From contig JAIXXA010000145.1 of the NCBI GenBank assembly GCA_027490975.1, forward strand, positions 5,723 through 69,722: a stretch of 64,000 bases of DNA, written 5' to 3'. The position numbers and the translations under genes were made by a program. A model generated the notes under the pieces. That model did no database searches. It was not told the origin of the DNA and worked only from the letters and a program-made list of their open reading frames with translations. Below are positions 18,703 to 27,751 of this stretch, in pieces. Each line of letters begins with the position of its first letter. Position 1 is the first letter of the stretch. This stretch comes from Rhodospirillaceae bacterium. Lineage in GTDB: Bacteria; Pseudomonadota; Alphaproteobacteria; CACIAM-22H2.

Positions 18703-19908
18703 ATGAAGCGCCGTCCGCGCATTGCGATCGCGGGGGCTGGGGTTGCGGGCGCCTTGCTGGCGGGGCTTCTCAAGGATCATGCAGGGCTCGATGTGATCGT
18801 CTATGAGCGCGTGGGCGAAGACGACCATTCGCAGTCGGGCACGGGGCTCAATGTTGGGCCCAACGCGCTGAAAGCGCTTGCGGCATCGAGCCCCTACCTC
18901 GAACGCTCCATACGCGCCGATAGCTTTGCGTGGGCACGCTGGACCGTCGCGCTAGTCGACGGCACGAATCTTATGGATCTCGACCTCGCGCGCGTCGCCG
19001 ACAATCCGGGCATCCGCATTCGGTGGTCGCAGCTCTACCGCTTGCTGCGCGCCCACGCGGGCCCGGCCATCCGCTATCGCCGTAGCATTGCGGGTGCTGT
19101 CCCGCATGAAAGTGGGGTCGATCTAAGCATCGTCGATGCGACGAGCGGTGCCGAGATCGGGCGCGACACGGTCGATCTTTTGGTGGTCGCCGAAGGACGT
19201 TTTTCGCCCCTGCGCGATAGCCTGTTCGGCCCAATGGCGACGAACTATGTGGGGGCCGCGACGTTCCGCGTGCTGATCGACGGCATTGCCGATCCCGCTG
19301 CGTGCCCGATCGGCGACTACGGCCAATGGTTCAACGGGCCCAACCGCATCTTGGCGTTCCAGGTGCCCGGCAATGCGGTTTACGGCTCTGGCTCGTTTCC
19401 GCTTGGCATCGATGCCAAGCTCACGGACGATCTCAAGCAGCCCGATTTCCTGCGCGCCCTCTATACGCCGGCATGCGGCACGCTGTGCCCGGGCGTTGCC
19501 TTCATGGTCGAGCATATCGTGCGCAACACCGGGCGCATCCATTGGGCGCGCCTGCAGGAGGGCGAACTCGTCTATGCGCATCCCTCGCGGCGCGTGCTGG
19601 CCCTTGGCGATGCCGCCCATCCGATGGTGCCGACCTTGGGCCAAGGGGCCACGCAAGCGGTCGAAGATGCGTGTGCGACCGCACGCCTCATTCGCGACGC
19701 GTTGCGCGACGCGCGCCCGCTCGCCGAGATTCCCGACGCGGTCGCAGCATTGCGCACCGCGCGCGTGCAGACTTGCATGGAATTCTCGCGCCAAGCTTCG
19801 GATACGATGCTGGCCGGTTCCGATCCGGTCGTCGGCACGCGCTGGAAGACGCAGCCGGAATTTTTGGCGCGCTTGTCCAATCTCTATCGCGACGTTGCGT
19901 TCCAGTAG
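18703..19908 (+). CDS. FAD-dependent aromatic-ring monooxygenase (salicylate/3-hydroxybenzoate hydroxylase-like)
   Basis: GxGxxG FAD fold (IAIAGAGVAGA), DG and GDAAH motifs; start at internal ATG. Confidence 0.8.
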   Translation: MKRRPRIAIAGAGVAGALLAGLLKDHAGLDVIVYERVGEDDHSQSGTGLNVGPNALKALAASSPYLERSIRADSFAWARWTVALVDGTNLMDLDLARVADNPGIRIRWSQLYRLLRAHAGPAIRYRRSIAGAVPHESGVDLSIVDATSGAEIGRDTVDLLVVAEGRFSPLRDSLFGPMATNYVGAATFRVLIDGIADPAACPIGDYGQWFNGPNRILAFQVPGNAVYGSGSFPLGIDAKLTDDLKQPDFLRALYTPACGTLCPGVAFMVEHIVRNTGRIHWARLQEGELVYAHPSRRVLALGDAAHPMVPTLGQGATQAVEDACATARLIRDALRDARPLAEIPDAVAALRTARVQTCMEFSRQASDTMLAGSDPVVGTRWKTQPEFLARLSNLYRDVAFQ

Positions 19909-19929
19909 CGCGCCTGCACGTCGGCCGCC

Positions 19930-20266
19930 TCCGTCTCGAAACAGGGGCCGTGGCTCTCCATCGGTGCGGCGGCATGCGCCAGCACTTCGCGGCACGAAAA
20001 ACCGAGCCCGGTCGTCTCGGCGCGCGTCGCCGTACGCGGCTACTTCGTCTTCCAGGCAAGGCCCCACCACCGCAAAGCCCGGCATGGCGGCCGATCCGGT
20101 GCTCGTCGATCTCGCCGATCTTGCCTACCAGCCCTTCAACAGTGCGGTGCGCCAGCTCGTCTATTGCGAGACCGGGCGCGGCGGGGACACCGTTCTCGTC
20201 GGCGGCGAGATCGTCGTTGCGGGCGGGCGCAACCAACGCATCGACGAAGCCGCGATGCGCTTCTAG
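19930..20266 (+). pseudogene. Relic of the C-terminus of an amidohydrolase (TRZ/ATZ or guanine/cytosine-deaminase-like), frameshifted
   Basis: Terminal about 60 aa (PGMAADPVLVDL…LVYCETGRGGDTVLVGGEIVVAGGR…) matches the amidohydrolase C-terminal beta-sandwich; a further EPGRLGA fragment upstream is in another frame; no N-terminal catalytic domain. Confidence 0.45.
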
Positions 20267-21243
20267 CGATGGTCCTGGACGGCGTGCGGCTTGTAAGGCG
20301 CTTCGAGCGCAGCGACCTCGTCGGCCGTCAGCGCAATCTTGAGCGCGCCCAACGCGTCGTCGAGCTGTTCGAGCTTCGAGGTCCCGATAATCGGCGCCGT
20401 GACGCCGGGCTTGGCGAGCAGCCAGGCGAGTGCGATCTGGGCGGGTTTGACGCCGCGCTTGGCTGCGACTGCTTCGACCGCCGCGACGACCGCAAAATCG
20501 TCGTCCTGGAAATAGTAGCGGTGCGCGATGTCGTCGGTCTTGGCGCGCGGGGTTTCGCCGTAGCCCTGCTTGTGGCGATTGCCGGCAAGGAAACCGCGCG
20601 CGAGTGGGCTCCACGGGATCACGCCGATGCCCTCCTCGCGGCACAGCGGCAGCATCTCGCGCTCTTCTTCGCGATAGACGAGATTGTACTGGTTCTGCAT
20701 CGACACGAACTTGGCGTAGCCGTGGCGTTCGCTGACGGCGAGCGCCTTGGCGAACTGCCAGGCCCACATCGACGACGCGCCGATATAGCGCGCCTTGCCC
20801 GCGCGCACGACAGCGTCGAGCGCGTCCATCGTCTCTTCGATCGGCGTTTCGGCATCGAAACGGTGGATCTGGTAGAGATCGACATGGTCGGTCTTGAGAC
20901 GGCGCAGGGAGCCGTCGATCGACGCAAGAATATGCTTGCGCGACAGGCCGCGGTCGTTCGGGCCCGGCCCCATTGCGTTGTAGACTTTGGTGGCAAGCAC
21001 CATCTGGTCGCGCGGCAGCAGCGCGGCGAGGCACCGTCCGACAACCTCTTCGCTCACGCCGAGCGAATACATGTCGGCCGTATCGAAGAAATTGATGCCG
21101 GCTTCGACCGCCTTGCGGAAGAACGGCACGCTGGCCGTCTCGTCCAGCACCCAGGGCCGCCAGGTCGGCGTGCCGTAGGTCATGGTGCCGAGGCAAAGGC
21201 GCGAAACTTTAAGGCCGCTGCGGCCAAGACGCACGTACTCCAT
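20263..21243 (-). CDS. Aldo/keto reductase
   Basis: AKR signature (GINFFDTADMY, catalytic Y/K/H, IPWSPLARG); start at MEYVRLG. Confidence 0.85.
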   Translation of the reverse strand: MEYVRLGRSGLKVSRLCLGTMTYGTPTWRPWVLDETASVPFFRKAVEAGINFFDTADMYSLGVSEEVVGRCLAALLPRDQMVLATKVYNAMGPGPNDRGLSRKHILASIDGSLRRLKTDHVDLYQIHRFDAETPIEETMDALDAVVRAGKARYIGASSMWAWQFAKALAVSERHGYAKFVSMQNQYNLVYREEEREMLPLCREEGIGVIPWSPLARGFLAGNRHKQGYGETPRAKTDDIAHRYYFQDDDFAVVAAVEAVAAKRGVKPAQIALAWLLAKPGVTAPIIGTSKLEQLDDALGALKIALTADEVAALEAPYKPHAVQDHR

Positions 21244-21367
21244 CCGTTCACCCCGCTTGCATTTCAACTATTTGGTACTGTAGCTAATTTGGGCGATCTT
21301 AACCGTAGATTCCCATTACAAAACGTCATCCTCCTGTCTAGAATCCGAATCGGTAACAGGAACGCGA

Positions 21368-22618
21368 ATGGACACAGTCAACCAACGCACCGACGAGGAA
21401 GCGCTGCTTTCCGATCTCGACCGCATCAAGCGGACGGGAAACACTGTGCCGCGCATGGCCGTCGTCATATCGATGCAGCGCCAAGCATGGTTCAATCGGC
21501 GGCGCGAGAATTTCTACGTGATCTTCCATGCGATCCGCGAAATGGTCCAGCGGGCCGAAGGGACCGTGTATTCGCAGGCCAATTTCGACATCGTCTTCGT
21601 TTTCCGCGTCGACAACCCGCAGCAGTTCGAAAACATCGTGACCGAGCTCGACGAGCTCTTGCGCCGCCATTCGGTTGCGACTGGCATGCCGGACGAAAAC
21701 ATCGAAGAAGCCTGCACCTGGTTCAGCTTCGAAACGCAGTTCAACGATTTCTACGACTACGCCAAGCGGGCGCTGGAAGACCAGAAGAGCCAGCAAGAGC
21801 AGCGCCAGCGCGCCGCCCAGCGGGCCGCAGGTGCCGCGCAGCAGGGCGGCATCGGCCCAGTGTTCCAGCCTTTCACGCCTGCAATTCTGAGCACGTTCGA
21901 CGAGCTCATTGCCAAGACCGACGTTAAATCGCTCGTGCGCAACCAACCGATCGCGATAGCGCTCACGGCCAACCAGCTGCGCCCGATTTTCCGCGAGTAC
22001 CATTTTTCGGTCAACGATCTGCGCAACATGATCGTGCCGCGCGTCAATATGCGCGGCCAGCGCGGCCTGTTCCAGATTCTGTCGCGCAGCTTCGACCAGC
22101 GCATGCTGCGCGCGCTTTCCGAGGGGTTCCTCACGAAGGCTGCGGGCAACATCTCGATCAATCTCAATGTCGAGACGATCCTGTCGGACCGGTTCCGCGA
22201 ATTCGACCAGCGCATCCCCAATTTCATTCCCAAGGGCAGCATCATCGTCGAGATTCCGCGCCACGACGTGTTTGCGGATTTCGAGGGCTACAATCGCGCC
22301 CTCGACACGCTGCAGAAATCCGGCTTCCGCACGCTGCTCGACGGTCTCACGCCCGATACGCTGACCTTCTTCCGGCGCGCCGAATTGCGCGCCGATCTCG
22401 TCAAGATGTTCTTCTACAAAGACCATGCTGAAGACTGGCGCATGAAGGGGCTGGCCGCGATGCTGGCCGAGGCGGACATCAACCGCATCATCATGGGGCG
22501 CTGCGAAACGCCCATGGCCTTCGAACTCGGCCAGGCGGTCGGCATTCGCATGTTCCAAGGCTGGCATGTCGACGCTCTTCTGCGCGCGATGACGCCGGCC
22601 ACACCGCCTGGCCGCTGA
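21368..22618 (+). CDS. Protein with unknown N-terminal domain and a degenerate EAL-like C-terminal domain
   Basis: EAL-fold landmarks retained (ISINLNV, Lys, final Q in MFQGW) but DDFGTGYSS replaced by DGLTPDTLT and other metal ligands lost. Confidence 0.5.
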   Translation: MDTVNQRTDEEALLSDLDRIKRTGNTVPRMAVVISMQRQAWFNRRRENFYVIFHAIREMVQRAEGTVYSQANFDIVFVFRVDNPQQFENIVTELDELLRRHSVATGMPDENIEEACTWFSFETQFNDFYDYAKRALEDQKSQQEQRQRAAQRAAGAAQQGGIGPVFQPFTPAILSTFDELIAKTDVKSLVRNQPIAIALTANQLRPIFREYHFSVNDLRNMIVPRVNMRGQRGLFQILSRSFDQRMLRALSEGFLTKAAGNISINLNVETILSDRFREFDQRIPNFIPKGSIIVEIPRHDVFADFEGYNRALDTLQKSGFRTLLDGLTPDTLTFFRRAELRADLVKMFFYKDHAEDWRMKGLAAMLAEADINRIIMGRCETPMAFELGQAVGIRMFQGWHVDALLRAMTPATPPGR

Positions 22619-22632
22619 GCGGCCGAGCGCCG

Positions 22633-23778
22633 ATGCGCCTTCGCGACCTGCCAACGCCCTGCCTCGTGCTCGACCGCGCGCGCCTCAAGCGCAACGTTGC
22701 CCGCATGCGCGACCGTGCCCGCGAACTCGGCGTCGCGCTGCGCCCGCATCTCAAGACCGCGAAGTCGGTCGACGTCGCCTTGCTCGTGCATGGCGGCACG
22801 CCCGGCCCGATCACGGTTTCGACGCTTGCGGAAGCGGCGCATTTCGCGGCCGCGGGTTTCGCCGACATTCTCTACGCCGTGGGCATCGTTCCCGCGAAGC
22901 TCGCGCGCGTTGCAGCAATGATGGCGCAAGCGCCTTCCCTCAAGATCGTCCTCGACGAAATCGACACGGCGCGCGCGGTGGTGGCCCAGGGGCGCGCACT
23001 TGGATGCCGCTTCAACGTCGCGATCGAAATCGACACGGGCGGCGGGCGCGCCGGCATTGCCCCCGACGATCCGGCGCTTGTCGAGATCGGTGCCGTGTTG
23101 AGCGGCGCCGGCATGCTCGCGGGCGTGATGGCGCATGCGGGCCATTCCTACGGCTGTAAGAGCCTCGACGAAATCGTCGAGGTCGCCGAGGCCGAACGCG
23201 TCGGCGTCGTCGCCGCTGCCGAACGGCTGCGCGCGGCCGGCTGTGCGGTCGGGCTTGTCAGCGTCGGTTCGACGCCGACGGCGCTGCATGCGCGCCATCT
23301 CGAAGGTGTGGGCGAAATGCGGCCCGGCAATTTCGTGTTTTTCGACCTGTTCCAGCACGGGCTCGGCATGTGTGCGGCCGAAGACGTCGCGGTGAGCGTG
23401 CTCGCAAGCGTGATCGGCCACCACAAAGGCCGCAACCATGTGCTGCTCGATGCGGGCGCGCTAGCCCTGTCGAAAGACGTCGGGGCGAACGCGGTCACGC
23501 CGCAGATCGGCTACGGCCTTGTGCGTGCGCCGGCCGAGGCCGCGCCACGGGCGGACGTGGCCGTGCTCGACGTGCACCAGGAGCACGGCATCGTCAGTGC
23601 GCGCAAAGGGCTCGACGCGATCGCCCCGCTGCCCTTCGGGGATTTTGCGATCGGCGACCGGCTGCTCGTCTTGCCCAATCACGTGTGCATGACGGCCGCC
23701 ATGCACGATCGCTATTACGTGGTCGAAGGGCTCGACGACACGATCGTGGCTGAATGGCCGCGCATCGCGGGCTGGTAG
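22633..23778 (+). CDS. PLP-dependent DSD1/alanine-racemase-N family enzyme (D-serine dehydratase / D-threonine aldolase-like)
   Basis: PLP-lysine motif (RPHLKTAKS), barrel plus C-terminal beta-domain. Confidence 0.75.
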   Translation: MRLRDLPTPCLVLDRARLKRNVARMRDRARELGVALRPHLKTAKSVDVALLVHGGTPGPITVSTLAEAAHFAAAGFADILYAVGIVPAKLARVAAMMAQAPSLKIVLDEIDTARAVVAQGRALGCRFNVAIEIDTGGGRAGIAPDDPALVEIGAVLSGAGMLAGVMAHAGHSYGCKSLDEIVEVAEAERVGVVAAAERLRAAGCAVGLVSVGSTPTALHARHLEGVGEMRPGNFVFFDLFQHGLGMCAAEDVAVSVLASVIGHHKGRNHVLLDAGALALSKDVGANAVTPQIGYGLVRAPAEAAPRADVAVLDVHQEHGIVSARKGLDAIAPLPFGDFAIGDRLLVLPNHVCMTAAMHDRYYVVEGLDDTIVAEWPRIAGW

Positions 23779-23779
23779 T

Positions 23780-25126
23780 TCAGAACGGATATTTCGGATT
23801 GAACAGCAGCGTTCGCGCTTTGGCGTCGTCGCGCAAAGCGCCGTGCAGGCCGCGCTCCGAATCGTGGGCGCCCTTGCGGATCGCCGCTGCAAGTGCCCGA
23901 TTGCCGTCGCCTTGGTTGCGCGGCTCGAGCGCCAGCGTACGCGCCACAATGCCGAGCGCATTGGCGAGCATCAGCCCTTTGAGGCGCGCGCCCTCGGCCA
24001 TCTGCTGCAGGAGTTCGCCCGTCAGCACGTCGCGCGCAAGGGCGGCGAGCTCGGCAGCGTCCGCGCGGTCGTGCGGCAGGCCCGGCGGCAGTTCGCCCGC
24101 GGGCGCGTGTGCGTCGATTGCGGCGAGCAATTCGTATTCAAGCTCGGCAATGCGCCGTCCGGTCAAAGCCAGATCGAGCGAAGCTTCGCCCCCGGCCACG
24201 AAGCGTTCGTTCTGCTGGAGGGCGATCACCGCCCAGCGCGCATGCGCCATGATCTCCCAATAGCGCAGTTTTGCGGGATCGATCGCGCCGCCGCCTGCAC
24301 CTCCATAGCCGCGCAGAAAATCCTCGCGCGCACCAATGCCACCCGCCTCGCGCGCAACCTGGCCGAAACGCCAGCATTTTGCGCAGAACCACCCGATATC
24401 CTCGTGCCGGTCGCCCCAGCCCGCGAACTCCCAATCGAGAATGCCCGCCAGGCCCGTTTCGTCGGCCATGAAATTGCCGGTGCGAAAGTCGCGATGGCAC
24501 AGAACCAGCGTGTCGGTCGTGGGCGCATTGACCTCGAGCCAGCGCAATGCCAGCTCGAGGGCGGGGCGCGCCACACGATAGCCGTCGAGCCATGTGCGAT
24601 AGGCTGCGACCGCAGCCAATGCCGGCGACGCGGGCGGCGCGTCCAAGAAGCCGAGGGCTGCTTGCGGCGGTCGGATCTTGTGCAGCTTGGCCAGTTCGTT
24701 GCCGAGGCTTGCAACCAACGCCGAACGGTCGCCGGTCCATTTGGCGTCGTTGACGAGAATATGGCCGAGTGCGGTGCCCTCGAGCCGCCGCATCACGTAG
24801 AAGGGTTTGCCGATCACGCTCGGATCGGCGCACACGGCAAGCGGTTCGGGCACTTTGACGCCGGCTTTGTGCGCGGCATCGAGAATCGCGTATTCGGCAA
24901 GGCGGCCGTGGCTTGCCGCGACACCTGTGGGCGCGTCGGTGCGCAAGACGGCGTCGAGCGTGCCGGCATGAGGTCCGCCGCGCAGGCGCGCTTGGAACGC
25001 CCAGTTTTCCTGGATCGCACCGCCCGACAATTGCCGCCACGCCAGAACCTGGACCTGGGCAGCACCGAGAGCGCTCACAAGCCAACCCGCCAGTCCCGGC
25101 GGGGCCGCATGCGCGTTCAGCGCCAT
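23780..25126 (-). CDS. APH/CHK-family phosphotransferase (LvaA-like)
   Basis: Kinase Brenner motif HRDFRTGNF, DWE motif; start at MALNAHAAPP overlapping the ACAD stop. Confidence 0.8.
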   Translation of the reverse strand: MALNAHAAPPGLAGWLVSALGAAQVQVLAWRQLSGGAIQENWAFQARLRGGPHAGTLDAVLRTDAPTGVAASHGRLAEYAILDAAHKAGVKVPEPLAVCADPSVIGKPFYVMRRLEGTALGHILVNDAKWTGDRSALVASLGNELAKLHKIRPPQAALGFLDAPPASPALAAVAAYRTWLDGYRVARPALELALRWLEVNAPTTDTLVLCHRDFRTGNFMADETGLAGILDWEFAGWGDRHEDIGWFCAKCWRFGQVAREAGGIGAREDFLRGYGGAGGGAIDPAKLRYWEIMAHARWAVIALQQNERFVAGGEASLDLALTGRRIAELEYELLAAIDAHAPAGELPPGLPHDRADAAELAALARDVLTGELLQQMAEGARLKGLMLANALGIVARTLALEPRNQGDGNRALAAAIRKGAHDSERGLHGALRDDAKARTLLFNPKYPF

Positions 25127-26313
25127 CCCCAGAACTCCGTGCCCTCGTTCGCAAGGAAGCGCGCCAGCACCATCTTGTGCACTTCGGAAGCGCCGTCCAC
25201 GAGGCGCGCCTGGCGCGCATAGCGGTACATCCATTCGAGCGGCGTGTCCTTGGAGTAGCCACGCGCGCCCATAAGCTGGATCGCCGTATCGATCGATTTG
25301 TGCAGCACGTCGGCGACCGCGACCTTGGCCATCGACACCTCCTTGCGCGCGAAATCGCCCTGGTCGAGCTTCCAGGCCGCACGCATCGTGAGCAGGCGGC
25401 CGATCTCGATCTGCATGGCGGCTTCGCCCAGCATCCACTGCACGCCTTCGTGGTCGATCAGGTTGTGGCCGAAGCTCTTGCGCGCCTTCACGTAGGGCAA
25501 CGCGATCTCGAGTGCGCGGCGCGCCATGCCGAGCCAGCGCATGCAGTGCGTAAGGCGCGCAGGGCCCAAACGGATCTGCGTGACCTTGAGCCCGTCGCCG
25601 ACCTCCATGAGCCGGTCGGCATCGTCGATCTCGAGCCCGTCGAATTCGATCTCGCAATGCCCGCCGTGTTCTTCGGGGCCCATGATCGGGATGCGTCGCT
25701 TGATGCGCCAGCCCGGCTGGTCGGCATGGAAAAGGAAAGCGCTGAGGCCCTTGCGCGCATCCTTCGAGGTGCGCGCGATCAGGATGAAATGTTTCGCCTC
25801 GCCCGCCCCGGTGATGAACCATTTGCGGCCCGAAATGCGCCATGTGTTGCGCCGCTTGGTGGCGGTCGTCAGCATCATGCCGGGATCCGAGCCGGAGCCC
25901 GGATCGGGCTCGGTCATCGCAAAGGCCGAGCGCACGTCGCCGTTGGCGATGGGTGCGAGCCATTTTTTCTGCTGGGCGATAGTCGCGACTTTCGCCAGCA
26001 CCATCATGTTGCCGTCGTCGGGGGCGGCCGAGTTGAAACAAACCGGCCCGAACAAAGCGCGGCCCATCTCCTCGTAGCACGCGGCCATGCCGACCATGTC
26101 GAGCCCGCCGCCGCCATGGGCAGCAGGCAATTGCAGCGACCACAGCTTCGCCTTCTTGGCCTTGTTGCGCAGCTTTGCGAGCGTGTCGAGGCGCACGTTT
26201 TCGCCGTCGCCCCAACTCGCAAGATCGGCTTCGGCCGGGAACAATTCGCGCTCGACGAAGGCACGTACCGCAAGGCGCGTGCGCTCCGCCTTCGGCGACA
26301 GCGTGAAATCCAT
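25117..26313 (-). CDS. Acyl-CoA dehydrogenase family protein (LvaC-like)
   Basis: ACAD N/M/C domains (FAMTEPDPGSGSD; C-terminal helical domain). Confidence 0.85.
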   Translation of the reverse strand: MDFTLSPKAERTRLAVRAFVERELFPAEADLASWGDGENVRLDTLAKLRNKAKKAKLWSLQLPAAHGGGGLDMVGMAACYEEMGRALFGPVCFNSAAPDDGNMMVLAKVATIAQQKKWLAPIANGDVRSAFAMTEPDPGSGSDPGMMLTTATKRRNTWRISGRKWFITGAGEAKHFILIARTSKDARKGLSAFLFHADQPGWRIKRRIPIMGPEEHGGHCEIEFDGLEIDDADRLMEVGDGLKVTQIRLGPARLTHCMRWLGMARRALEIALPYVKARKSFGHNLIDHEGVQWMLGEAAMQIEIGRLLTMRAAWKLDQGDFARKEVSMAKVAVADVLHKSIDTAIQLMGARGYSKDTPLEWMYRYARQARLVDGASEVHKMVLARFLANEGTEFWGWR

Positions 26314-26324
26314 GGGGGCGGCTC

Positions 26325-26969
26325 TCAGGGTTTGAAGAACGGCGCGTTGACGAGCAGCTGCACGTCCATGCGCTGCAACAGCGGCGTGCCGCGCTTGAGA
26401 TAGTCGCCCCAGGCCGGATCGGCCGCCATCGCGGCGCGCTTGGCTTGGCGCTCGCCCATGTCCTTGTAGCCCCACATATGCAGAACCTGGTTGAGACCGC
26501 CAATGTCCGACTGGTACCAGCCCACGCAATTGCCGAGATATTTGAGCTGCAGCTGCAGCGCCATGTCGCGATAGACGGCAAGGAACTCCGGCAGCTTGCT
26601 GTGGTGGGCGGTGTAGACGCGGAAATCGAGCACGCCGTAGCTGCCCGAAGGCTGACCCGCGATCGGCCAGAACGGGGCGGGCTTCATGATGCGGTTTTCC
26701 TGCGAGATGAAGGTGCCCGCCGATTTGCCGAGCCACGCCGCCCAAGCAGGATCGGCCTGCATCGCGTCGCGTTTGGCTTGGCGCTCGGCAATGTCCTTGT
26801 AGCCCCAAATATGGATCGCCGTGTTCATGGCGCCGATTTCCACGCCGTAATAGCCGAGCGGATTGCCAAGATGGCGCTTCTGCACCTCGAACCCTTCGGC
26901 CGCGTAGCCTACAAAATAACCCGGCAGCTTGCCGGGCTGGGCCGTGTAGCTGCGCACATCGACGATCAT
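26325..26969 (-). CDS. Tandem NIPSNAP-domain protein
   Basis: Two repeats of the HIWGYKD…ERQAKR…ADPAW pattern. Confidence 0.7.
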   Translation of the reverse strand: MIVDVRSYTAQPGKLPGYFVGYAAEGFEVQKRHLGNPLGYYGVEIGAMNTAIHIWGYKDIAERQAKRDAMQADPAWAAWLGKSAGTFISQENRIMKPAPFWPIAGQPSGSYGVLDFRVYTAHHSKLPEFLAVYRDMALQLQLKYLGNCVGWYQSDIGGLNQVLHMWGYKDMGERQAKRAAMAADPAWGDYLKRGTPLLQRMDVQLLVNAPFFKP

Positions 26970-26986
26970 GGAACCCGCTCCGTCCT

Positions 26987-27751
26987 CTAGAGAAAAGCCA
27001 ACGTATGGCCGCCATCGACGACGAGCGTGGTCCCCGTCATGAAGCGGCCCGCATCCGATGCCAACAGCAGCAAGGCGCCGTCGAGATCGCTCGCCTGGCC
27101 GAAGCGGCCAAGGGCAATGCGCTCGACCAACCTAGCACCTGCGGCAGAGCGCAGATAGTCGCGGTTGAGATCGGTTTCGATATAGCCGGGTGCGATCGCG
27201 TTCACGCGGATTCCATGCGGCGCGTAAGCCAATGCCAGCGACTGGGTGAGGCTCACGATCGCGGCCTTTGCAGCCGAATAAGCGGGGACGCGCACGCTCG
27301 GGCGCAAGCCGAGGATCGACGCGATATTGACGATGGCGCCGCCCTTGCCCTGCGCGCGCATAATGGCGGCGGCGTTGCGCGCAACCAGATTCGCACCGTC
27401 GAGATTGGTCGCCATCGTGTCGCGCCAGCCCGCATCGTCGGCGATGTCGGGCGATTCCTTGCGCACGATGCCGGCATTGTTGACGCAGATGTCGAGCGCC
27501 CCAAGTTCTGTCTGGGCGCGCGCAAAACCCTGGGCCACGCTCGCCGCATCGGTCACGTCCATGGCGACGGCAAGGGCGCGCCCGTCGAAAGCCGCGATCT
27601 CGGCGCACAGGCTTTCGAGCCGGTCGACGCGGCGGGCGGCCACCGCCACTTTCGCACCGGCGCGCGCAAGCGTGACGGCCATCGACCGGCCGAGCCCCGA
27701 CGAAGCGCCCGTCACGAGGGCGGTCTTGTCCGACAGATCGAACGGGCCCAT
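26987..27751 (-). CDS. SDR-family oxidoreductase (LvaD-like)
   Basis: TGASSGLG cofactor motif, NNAG, YSAAK catalytic motif; ATGA overlap with upstream synthetase. Confidence 0.85.
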   Translation of the reverse strand: MGPFDLSDKTALVTGASSGLGRSMAVTLARAGAKVAVAARRVDRLESLCAEIAAFDGRALAVAMDVTDAASVAQGFARAQTELGALDICVNNAGIVRKESPDIADDAGWRDTMATNLDGANLVARNAAAIMRAQGKGGAIVNIASILGLRPSVRVPAYSAAKAAIVSLTQSLALAYAPHGIRVNAIAPGYIETDLNRDYLRSAAGARLVERIALGRFGQASDLDGALLLLASDAGRFMTGTTLVVDGGHTLAFL

